The position numbers were made by a program, and so were the translations under genes. Below, one piece after another: positions 56,726 through 64,000 of a DNA stretch of 64,000 nt. This DNA is from a virus: positions 1 to 64,000 of IMG/VR virus record IMGVR_UViG_3300030419_003589; one strand, given 5' to 3'. Below the pieces are notes generated by a model. It was not told where the DNA came from and searched no databases. It saw only the letters and a list, made by a program, of their open reading frames with translations. Each line of letters opens with the position of its first letter. The stretch's first letter is position 1.

Positions 56726-57487
56726 TTATTTTAGCTCCATATAACAAATCCAAGTATAGTCTAGTTTTTCTAGATAGAAGGTTTGATATTGCAGGACATT
56801 AAGTTCTGATAACAAAGGCTCTGGTGTACCGTAATCTTCCCCAGACCACTCATCTCCCCACCTTGTAATTTCAGCCTTAAATATTGGGTTCATCTCTTGA
56901 TATACCTTTAGATTTTCCATCAAGAATTTAAAATCATCTGGATTACTCTGGTGCTTAGTTCTTTGTCCGGCAACATCAATTATGTAATCCTTCTGACTTA
57001 GTATCTTCTTGGGCGTATAACAATCTCCTTGGGTGGCGGGATAGTTGTCTTCTAGTATAATCCTCTTGAAGCCGAGCTGTTTACATTTTTTGATTCTGGG
57101 TAGACAATTCTGATGGTCGTCAAAGAACACCAAGGTGTGTTCTGGATCTACTTTTGATTTCCAGTCTATATCCAAGAAATCCTCTGTTTCATAGTCAACT
57201 ACGTCAGATGTCCAAATCCTATATTGTGGGGCTGGGTCTATTGATATAACTTTGGTATCCGGACTGGCAATTTGGAGAAACCAAGTTCCTAATCCCTTCC
57301 AAACACCGCTTTCAATCAAGAACTTAGGCTTTATCTTTTTCACCATGTACCAAGCGGGGAACATGTGTGGGGATTTCATCCCTCCTGTATTATCGAAAAT
57401 TGGCCTATTTTCCCAAAGCTCCTTAAACTCATCTAAGTATTTGAGCATATCGTGTTTTTTAAATCTTATTTCTAACATGTCTATCAT
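56726..57487 (-). CDS. Methyltransferase-like protein
   Basis: FLIESGVWKGLGTWF, VISIDP, VFFDDHQN, IILEDNY. Confidence 0.6.
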   Translation of the reverse strand: MIDMLEIRFKKHDMLKYLDEFKELWENRPIFDNTGGMKSPHMFPAWYMVKKIKPKFLIESGVWKGLGTWFLQIASPDTKVISIDPAPQYRIWTSDVVDYETEDFLDIDWKSKVDPEHTLVFFDDHQNCLPRIKKCKQLGFKRIILEDNYPATQGDCYTPKKILSQKDYIIDVAGQRTKHQSNPDDFKFLMENLKVYQEMNPIFKAEITRWGDEWSGEDYGTPEPLLSELNVLQYQTFYLEKLDYTWICYMELK

Positions 57488-58167
57488 GATTTTTTTCCTT
57501 TTAGATAGAAGCCCGTTGGATAATTACCTTCTGAGTCAGCCAAGCTTGAAATACCGTTCCTCAAGACGGGGAACATTTCATAATTGTGAGACTCAGCTAC
57601 TTCGATGAAATCATTATAATTGTGATAATATTGAACTGTTTTTATCTCGCGATAAGCTTCGTATTCCACATAATAACTGGGCTCATTGGTAAATTGCATT
57701 CTTTGTAGGTATAAATTGTGTGGTTTTAAATTGAGTAAAAAACTTAATGCCTCGTCCCCATCAGGCATAACATCGAATACAGCACCTTCTAATATACATT
57801 CATATTTCTGTACAATCTCTTCAGTTAGTTGCCAGAGGTCTTGAACGAAGAATTTTTCAGGAGTTCCCCACTGCCTCTTTGCTATGTCAATTGCTTCTTC
57901 AGAGTAATCAGAACCATTGTACTCCACGCCGTTAATGTGACGTTCTATTACCTGTGACGCTGCTCCTACTCCACACCCAATTTCTAGAACGGTTTTGGGC
58001 CGAAAGTGTTCGAGCACGCTCTTCAACTCTAGCCAATGAGGGGGGTATGAAGCCTCGATTATCACAGCGCTTTGATTACTACCGAGTTGCTCAAGATTTA
58101 AAGACAATTGCTTCTCGAAAACCGCCTTGTTTTTCCAAGATTCTTTTAGTTCGTTAAAGTTTGCCAT
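57484..58167 (-). CDS. Class I SAM-dependent methyltransferase
   Basis: TVLEIGCGVG, YNGSDYSEEAIDIAK. Confidence 0.8.
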   Translation of the reverse strand: MANFNELKESWKNKAVFEKQLSLNLEQLGSNQSAVIIEASYPPHWLELKSVLEHFRPKTVLEIGCGVGAASQVIERHINGVEYNGSDYSEEAIDIAKRQWGTPEKFFVQDLWQLTEEIVQKYECILEGAVFDVMPDGDEALSFLLNLKPHNLYLQRMQFTNEPSYYVEYEAYREIKTVQYYHNYNDFIEVAESHNYEMFPVLRNGISSLADSEGNYPTGFYLKGKKS

Positions 58168-58969
58168 AAATTTCCTCCATCAGCGACTTTGCTCCGCCCT
58201 GAAAGTGCAAGGAGTTAAATTTTATATCTTTCTTTAGTCTATTATTGTAGACGAAGGCACTCCCATCTGTAACCTTGACTTTTTTAACACCATTTTCAAA
58301 CTCAAAGTCCTGATCAGACACATTAATATTATGGTCGTAAGTTGAGTCGTCTATGATCGCCATCATTTCGCCAACCCTTCCGGGGCCACCGCCAAACTCT
58401 GAATGGTAGTGGAAGTACTCTAGAAGCGTCATGTCGCATACGCCACCCGGAAGTTTATACCTACGCCTAACCTCAAGATGTGAGGCGATCTTATTGTAGT
58501 GGTACCCACCCTTGTCGGAGTAGATGCTCATCAGCATGTCGCAAAAGTTATTTATACCTTCTAGTGTCATAAATGATGTATGGCCCGAAGTCCTGTGGAC
58601 TAAAGACATCGTGTAGTCACTGAAATTTTTCCACCCCTCTGTGGCGCTCTGAAATAGCATAACATCCGAGTCTATGTACATCGCCGCTGGGATCTGGTGT
58701 TTCTCCATAAAATTTCTAAGCATAAACCATCTAGTATAACAAAACAGCTCATAATCTGGTGGAGTTGTGTTCAGATGCACGTATAGATTAGAGAACTCAT
58801 TCACACCCGCCATATCACCTTGTGGATTGACATATGTGAAATTTTCATTATCTATGGATGGGTCAGCAGAACCCAATAGATAAACCTGATTGTTTTTCAA
58901 GGCTTGATTGATACACGTATATAAATATGGCTGCAAGCCACTATGTATGAGTATTACTGGGACTACCAA
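58154..58969 (-). CDS. GT-A-fold glycosyltransferase-like protein
   Basis: ELFCYTRWF, YIDSDVML (DxD), CDMTLL, SLHFQG. Confidence 0.65.
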   Translation of the reverse strand: MVVPVILIHSGLQPYLYTCINQALKNNQVYLLGSADPSIDNENFTYVNPQGDMAGVNEFSNLYVHLNTTPPDYELFCYTRWFMLRNFMEKHQIPAAMYIDSDVMLFQSATEGWKNFSDYTMSLVHRTSGHTSFMTLEGINNFCDMLMSIYSDKGGYHYNKIASHLEVRRRYKLPGGVCDMTLLEYFHYHSEFGGGPGRVGEMMAIIDDSTYDHNINVSDQDFEFENGVKKVKVTDGSAFVYNNRLKKDIKFNSLHFQGGAKSLMEEIYGKL

Positions 58970-59805
58970 TATGTTCCCCCCTCGATGTCGTTAAAGTTAA
59001 CTGGTTTTGTCGAGTTATCTGGTCTACACCAATGATCGTTGTACATAGGGCCAATGTCTGGGTGCTGATCCCATCTTTTTCCCTTTATTCCGAACATAAT
59101 CTGCAAACCTCCTCCTATGTGAATAGCCTGCTTACCTTGAAACCTAGCATAATCTGCCAGTATTAACCCGTATGCTCCGCATCCTATAATGGCCACGTCG
59201 TAATCTATCTCGTCCATTTTGTTCGTCATGTGTTCTACGCCCGTGGCGAAGTTTAGATCTTCTCTGGACGCAGACAGTCCGCCGCCATTTGTTTGGATTG
59301 ACCTGATGGTTTTTAACTCAAATTCAGGCAGCACCTTTTTGTTATCAAATAGCAGCTCTCTTTTGCTATACTGGTTAGTAATATCCTCATCAAACGGATG
59401 TATGACTAACACCTTCTTACCGGCTAAGGCCTCGCTCCAAGGGTTCTCGAAATAGAATGGTTCCAAAAACCTAAGCTCAAAAAATTCGGCTTGGCTGGCA
59501 AATTTTTCTATGACAATGATCTCATCGTACGAATCCATAGACCCCAAGAAATCAACATTCCTTAACGAGTTTGAATAGCAGTCAAAGAAGAAGTCTAGTG
59601 TGCTGTCGTCACTGGGGGCAACGCCAGCGTTGTTGGCAGCGAAGAATCTGGTCGATTCGGAATAAGCCCCGCTTTGAATCTTGTCGGATAGAATCGTTCT
59701 TTCCACAGCCCCGATTTTAGAAGCCACGAAAGGCTCTCCAGAAAGTATCGCCTCTTTGATCTTATCGTTCCCTTGTACTGCCGGTAATGGCTCTGGTATA
59801 CTCAT
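58963..59805 (-). CDS. Putative GT-D-like (DUF1792-related) glycosyltransferase
   Basis: FVASKIGAVE, GKKVLVIHPF, YDVAIIGCGAYG, AIHIGGGLQIMFGIKGKRW. Family assignment is tentative. Confidence 0.45.
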   Translation of the reverse strand: MSIPEPLPAVQGNDKIKEAILSGEPFVASKIGAVERTILSDKIQSGAYSESTRFFAANNAGVAPSDDSTLDFFFDCYSNSLRNVDFLGSMDSYDEIIVIEKFASQAEFFELRFLEPFYFENPWSEALAGKKVLVIHPFDEDITNQYSKRELLFDNKKVLPEFELKTIRSIQTNGGGLSASREDLNFATGVEHMTNKMDEIDYDVAIIGCGAYGLILADYARFQGKQAIHIGGGLQIMFGIKGKRWDQHPDIGPMYNDHWCRPDNSTKPVNFNDIEGGTYW

Positions 59806-60683
59806 TTAAATTCTCCCAACTCCTTGTTTATTCTTTGATTTATCTTTTCTGGGTCTATAGACTCGGGGTGGCTTCCTGTGAATCGGCCCGTTCTACACTC
59901 TCCGCGAACGCGAGGCTTAAACTCATGAACGCCGTTAAACATGTTCTCTATCTCTATTCTAGTTGATTCGTCGCCTTTTACCCAAGGTAAATAGACATTT
60001 TCAAAATAATTATCTATACAATTTTGCTTTGATACGCTATCCTTATAGTAGCCGACTTTTCTGGCCACCTGTGTTGGGAATACGTATGAATAATGATACA
60101 TAAGCACGTTTGTCATGGCAAAGAAAGTATCGCTATTTATATGCTTACGCTCTATTTCAGATGGGTATTTTATTGTCGGAGGCCTATGGGTCAGCCAAGT
60201 TGATCCCGGCTCATACTTGAATATCCTCAAAAAGTTATCTCTTGCCAACTCAAAGCCTGTGAGATGATGATCTATACCCCCATAGAAAGAACAGCTCGTT
60301 ACGCCAACGCTGGTGGGCTGATGTTCCGAGAGGAAAGCTATGGTTCTCTCCAAGTCCTCTTTCTTATATAGTTCGTCCGAGTCTAGATTCCATAGGTAGT
60401 CTATATCGTCCCTTATGTGTTTCATGTATGCTTTACACTGCTCGTCTTTTTCGGAGTATTGTCCGTGTACAATGCTGATCTTATTATCTGGATCGGGAAA
60501 ATTATCTAGTATCTCGTTCGTCCTGTCGGTAGATGTGGTTCTGCCCTGCCGTTGCCAGTACTCAACTGGCCCCTCTGCTATTAAGATTTGTTCTGCATAG
60601 GGGTAAACCTGCTGTAGACATTCCTCTAAAACATAGTCGCCTTCAAAGACGATCATTCCAAAAGCTATTTTTAAATCAGACAA
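59802..60683 (-). CDS. GT2-like glycosyltransferase
   Basis: IAFGMIVFEGDYVLEECL, LWNLDSDE (DxD), HYSYV. Confidence 0.75.
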   Translation of the reverse strand: MSDLKIAFGMIVFEGDYVLEECLQQVYPYAEQILIAEGPVEYWQRQGRTTSTDRTNEILDNFPDPDNKISIVHGQYSEKDEQCKAYMKHIRDDIDYLWNLDSDELYKKEDLERTIAFLSEHQPTSVGVTSCSFYGGIDHHLTGFELARDNFLRIFKYEPGSTWLTHRPPTIKYPSEIERKHINSDTFFAMTNVLMYHYSYVFPTQVARKVGYYKDSVSKQNCIDNYFENVYLPWVKGDESTRIEIENMFNGVHEFKPRVRGECRTGRFTGSHPESIDPEKINQRINKELGEFK

Positions 60684-61575
60684 AGTTATGTAGCTCCTTC
60701 TTGCTGGGTTCCCAGTCTAAAGTTCTTCTAAGTTTTAAAGAATTGATGGAGTACCTGTAATCCTGCCCCATCCTATTCTCTATAAATTCTACGTGACTTT
60801 TCCAGTCACTGATCCCCTTCCATTCGCAAACCTTTTCTACAATCTCTAGATTTTTCATGTAGTTGTATGCCGAAACATTCCAAGTCTGATCCTCCTCCTC
60901 AGAGAAGCAGATTTTATATATAGCATCAGCATTATCTTTGACGTACAGCCAGTCTCTTACATAGCTCCCGTCGCCATGAATTGGGATTTTCTGACCAGTA
61001 TCTAAACTATGTAGGATCTTTGGTATGAGTTTTTCTGGATACTGTCTGGGGCCGTAGTTATTAGTGCTTCTTACGATTTGGTAATTTACCCCGAAGGTTC
61101 TGGCGTATGCTAGTATTAGCATTTCTGCGGCAGCTTTGGTCGCTGAATAAGGATTGCTTGGATGTAATATACTTTCTTCTGTTTTGTCTTCCTCGTTTAG
61201 GTTTACATCGCCATACACTTCATCTGTGCTTATATGAATAAATTTAGGCTTCTGATACACCTTAGCTCTAAGTAGGCTTAGGATGTTAAATACGCCCTCT
61301 ACGTTGGACTTCAGGAATACTTTGGGGGCTTCTATGGAATTGTCTACATGGGACTCTGCCGCAAAGTTGACAAGTACGTCACAGACTGGTATGTGTGTTA
61401 ATTCACATATATCTTCTTTTATATGTGTGTATTTTGGATTATCATCCCAAGGTAAAGTTTTATTCGATGCATAGGTCATCTTGTCTATGTCTATGACTTC
61501 ATGCCCCTCATCTAAAACTTTTTCAACAAAATGGCTGCCTATAAAGCCCCTACCACCTGTCACTGCAAAAATCAT
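60676..61575 (-). CDS. rfbB: dTDP-glucose 4,6-dehydratase
   Basis: VTGGRGFIGSHF, IDKMTYAS, NFAAESHVDNSI, HISTDEVYG, NPYSATKAAAE, NNYGPRQYPEKLIP, RDWLYVKDN. Confidence 0.92.
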   Translation of the reverse strand: MIFAVTGGRGFIGSHFVEKVLDEGHEVIDIDKMTYASNKTLPWDDNPKYTHIKEDICELTHIPVCDVLVNFAAESHVDNSIEAPKVFLKSNVEGVFNILSLLRAKVYQKPKFIHISTDEVYGDVNLNEEDKTEESILHPSNPYSATKAAAEMLILAYARTFGVNYQIVRSTNNYGPRQYPEKLIPKILHSLDTGQKIPIHGDGSYVRDWLYVKDNADAIYKICFSEEEDQTWNVSAYNYMKNLEIVEKVCEWKGISDWKSHVEFIENRMGQDYRYSINSLKLRRTLDWEPSKKELHNFV

Positions 61576-61577
61576 AA

Positions 61578-62447
61578 TTATCCCTCAAAATTGTATTTTT
61601 TATGAATGTGTTTTATCTCTTCAAAATAATCGTCATAGATTTTCTTCAGACCTGCATCCGAACGATACAAATCCTCTGGAGTAAAGCAATGGTGCATTGT
61701 TGATGGGTTGTAGCTATTTTCCTCTACAGAGTAAACGAATTGCGAAAAGTGGCTAAACACTAATTTTTGTTTTTTCCCATGAAAAGTTATACAGCCATCT
61801 TCTGCGTATGTGTCGAAGTAATATAAGTACCATTGCCAAGGAGCGCCATGCCCAATATTTCCGTCTATAAATAGTACGCTTTCTGGTAACGTAGAGAAAA
61901 CGTCTAGATATTTTTGATCTCCACATGTAGCCAGTTCGGGATGTTTTCTGTGTAGAACTGCATCATACCACCATCCTAGATATCTCTGTCCAATCTCTGT
62001 GTTTTTGAAGTGAACTACGCCCACGTTAAACCAGCCATTTCCGTTGGGAACGTCCGGCCTGTATTGCCTATGCCTGAATAACCCTATGTCTCTGGGGCCG
62101 ATCTCATCGAGCAGCCCGTTGATGCTTTGATGGAAGTAAATATCACTATCTATATAAGTTATGGGGGTGTCATTCTTTTCCATTAGGTAGTGCGAGAAGT
62201 ATGACGCTAAGGCGTAAGAATAATATTTCCTATCTTCTGCTTTCAGTTTCTCAAGGTCTGGGTCTTCAAATTCATCAAAGTAAACCTTAAGAGTATCGCT
62301 TTCGTAGCGACTAAGCTTGTCGTATGAATCCTCGTCAAAGCACAAGTAATGCAAAACAAAATCTTCACTCTTTTTTAGCAAAGACTCGTATAGGGCTAGT
62401 CCCTTCGGGAGGAAGTTATAATCTGAGAGAGCGCATAGATGGTTCAT
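61578..62447 (-). CDS. GT-A-fold glycosyltransferase
   Basis: ITYIDSDIYF, FNVGVVHF, GDQKYLD. Start refined to MNHL at 62447. Confidence 0.75.
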   Translation of the reverse strand: MNHLCALSDYNFLPKGLALYESLLKKSEDFVLHYLCFDEDSYDKLSRYESDTLKVYFDEFEDPDLEKLKAEDRKYYSYALASYFSHYLMEKNDTPITYIDSDIYFHQSINGLLDEIGPRDIGLFRHRQYRPDVPNGNGWFNVGVVHFKNTEIGQRYLGWWYDAVLHRKHPELATCGDQKYLDVFSTLPESVLFIDGNIGHGAPWQWYLYYFDTYAEDGCITFHGKKQKLVFSHFSQFVYSVEENSYNPSTMHHCFTPEDLYRSDAGLKKIYDDYFEEIKHIHKKYNFEG

Positions 62448-62449
62448 TT

Positions 62450-63067
62450 TTACCTCGTGCATAAACATTGGTATGGGCGATTACTATTCATGTTAATAGC
62501 CGTTTCTCGCTCCACATCGTAACACGTAAAGCCGTATTCTTCAAGCAGTATCTGTCTGATTTCTGGCCAATCTTCGTCGAAGTGATTCTCTAATAACATT
62601 GTCTGCACCTTATTGGCAGTGTCCTTCATTCCCTTTAGCACCTTCAACTCAGCGCCCTCAACATCTATTTTTATCATCTTAATGTTAGTCTCGTCTTTGA
62701 GGAGGGTGTCTAGTGTAATACTCTCGGCAATGCCTTCCTCTTCAAGCTTTTTAAACGATGTATCGTGATCAAGTATCGTGAATGTCTGATCTGTCACTCC
62801 CTTGTGGTACGTTATAGAACCATCCGAGTCTGATGCGGCAGCGGTTACAAACTCGATGTTTCCCTTATCCTGATATTTTTGTTTTAGATACTCCATATTG
62901 CTCGGTGAAAGCTCTACGCAATAAATTTTACCTGTAAATCCTAGATGGTACGTAAAGTAGCCCATATACACGCCATGACAGGCTCCAACGTCTACCACCG
63001 TATCCCCTGACCTTATTAGTCTAAACCTATCCATGACTTCCATGTTTTTATGGTCGTGTTGATCCAT
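62450..63067 (-). CDS. FkbM-family methyltransferase
   Basis: VVDVGACHGVY, VELSPSN, ITLDTLL, IKIDVEGAELKVLKG. Start refined to 63067. Confidence 0.88.
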   Translation of the reverse strand: MDQHDHKNMEVMDRFRLIRSGDTVVDVGACHGVYMGYFTYHLGFTGKIYCVELSPSNMEYLKQKYQDKGNIEFVTAAASDSDGSITYHKGVTDQTFTILDHDTSFKKLEEEGIAESITLDTLLKDETNIKMIKIDVEGAELKVLKGMKDTANKVQTMLLENHFDEDWPEIRQILLEEYGFTCYDVERETAINMNSNRPYQCLCTR

Positions 63068-63068
63068 G

Positions 63069-63797
63069 TTAATCCTCCGTAATCCTGTTGGCTGGGAACC
63101 CAAGCTCTTTCCTCTTGTTGAACACAAGGTGGTCTCTTCCAGAATAGTGAAGGGTCTTCCTTGCGGCTAGATCAACTTCTCCTTCGTTCTGCGTCCCCTC
63201 TACACTGTAATGTTCGTGAGTTATAATAACCTTGTCTACATACTTCTCTTTACCCATTCTTTTTACTACTTGAGTGAACTCATCATCGCAGTACAGGCTT
63301 TTGTAGTCTGGGTGATAGATATAACCAAAGCGTTCGTAAAGCTTGCGGCCAAGTATTGAAAAGGTTATCAATTCACCATGAGTATTCCCATCGTCGAAAT
63401 GTACGCAACCATCTAGGTCTGGAAAATGCTCCTGCATAGCGTCGGATATTTCTCTATCCCAATTATAGACTTGAGGCACCATGTCATCTGACGCACAAAT
63501 AATAATGTCAAAATCCCTATCGTTTATATTGGCGTTTATAGCACTAATCTTATCCGTGCCGTAGTCATAGTTTATAGCCCCGTCAACATTCATATTAGGA
63601 AATCTTGGGCGATTTTTGTTTAGTATGTAATTAATTCTTTCCTGAACATAAGGATCAGTCATGGTTTCATCTTCTGCATCACAGTTTATGTTAAAGAAGA
63701 CATTATTCCAAACACTGCAAGTCTCGACGTACCTGTTGAGAACTTGAAGAAACTTCTCCGGCCTTGCGAGAGTAGGAAATTGTATTAATAGTTTCAT
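63069..63797 (-). CDS. GT-A-fold glycosyltransferase
   Basis: LLIQFPTLARPEKF, DIIICASDDMVP, ITFSILGRKLYERFGYIY..YCDDE. Confidence 0.7.
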   Translation of the reverse strand: MKLLIQFPTLARPEKFLQVLNRYVETCSVWNNVFFNINCDAEDETMTDPYVQERINYILNKNRPRFPNMNVDGAINYDYGTDKISAINANINDRDFDIIICASDDMVPQVYNWDREISDAMQEHFPDLDGCVHFDDGNTHGELITFSILGRKLYERFGYIYHPDYKSLYCDDEFTQVVKRMGKEKYVDKVIITHEHYSVEGTQNEGEVDLAARKTLHYSGRDHLVFNKRKELGFPANRITED

Positions 63798-64000
63798 AGC
63801 GTTCCTTTTAGTTTCTCCAGTTTTAGTTTGGTCTCTGAATCCTTCAGAAACTTACAAAGCCTAGCTGCCCTAGCAATGCAAGTATGTCTTGACTTTATTT
63901 GTGCTTTTAGAGCTGCTGATAAGTCGTCGGTTTCCTCTTCCATGAATGTGGTAGCTAGAAATTGATCCAGCAGGGGTTGCTCTTCTTCATGTATTTTAAA
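63794..64000 (-). CDS. 3' end of a gene truncated by the window edge
   Basis: Open frame FKIHEEEQ...SRHTCIARAARLCKFL...KGTL* ending in an ATGA overlap with ORF 63797. HT-x-x-x-R weakly resembles glycosyltransferase C-termini. Confidence 0.55.
   Translation of the reverse strand, partial: FKIHEEEQPLLDQFLATTFMEEETDDLSAALKAQIKSRHTCIARAARLCKFLKDSETKLKLEKLKGTL

Noticed and set aside
1-64000. Stop-codon reassignment as in some large phages
   Set aside because: Multi-kilobase ORFs are intact in the standard code, and TAA, TAG and TGA all end genes at junctions with out-of-frame next starts.
53590-64000. Giant eukaryotic virus or bacterial O-antigen locus origin for the sugar genes
   Set aside because: Shine-Dalgarno motifs, overlapping start/stop codons, intrinsic terminators and linkage to a TMP indicate a phage; no wzx/wzy/ABC export genes are seen.
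1-64000. tRNA, rRNA, integrase, transposase, intron or intein
   Set aside because: No cloverleaf or recognisable motif was seen, and intergenic space is too small; a covariance-model scan was not run.

Overview
This is a 64 kb, densely coding slice of a large tailed dsDNA bacteriophage genome. It uses the standard code, with AGGA/GGAG-type ribosome-binding sites and many TAATG/ATGA gene overlaps. No tail sheath gene is recognisable, so the tail is probably long and non-contractile. Bases 1-51185 (+ strand) form a virion morphogenesis region. In order it holds: a tail fibre, an embedded modification cassette (PRTase-HAD fusion, methyltransferase, two sulfotransferases), more fibres, probable neck proteins, a major tail protein, two paralogous chaperone-like proteins, a 2476-aa tape measure protein (TMP) and very large tail-tip proteins up to 4326 aa. 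Back-to-back intrinsic terminators lie at about 51.2 kb. Bases 51302-64000 (- strand) carry a Zn-ribbon protein, a putative single-strand annealing protein and a homing-endonuclease-like gene. After them comes a contiguous cluster of nucleotide-sugar enzymes, glycosyltransferases and methyltransferases, cut by the window edge. Strongest leads: (1) Ser-Gly dipeptides are strongly enriched in exposed virion proteins but not in the TMP, chaperones or enzymes, alongside a phage-encoded glycosylation, methylation and sulfation toolkit, which suggests a proteoglycan-like virion coat; (2) two PD-(D/E)xK nuclease-like cassettes sit inside the TMP; (3) the 4326-aa protein has a 7-blade FG-GAP (integrin-alpha-like) propeller with large inserts; (4) a switch-like structured leader with a coupled 11-codon uORF follows the major tail gene. 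All product calls come from motif recognition by eye, all counts are hand counts, and no database search was run.
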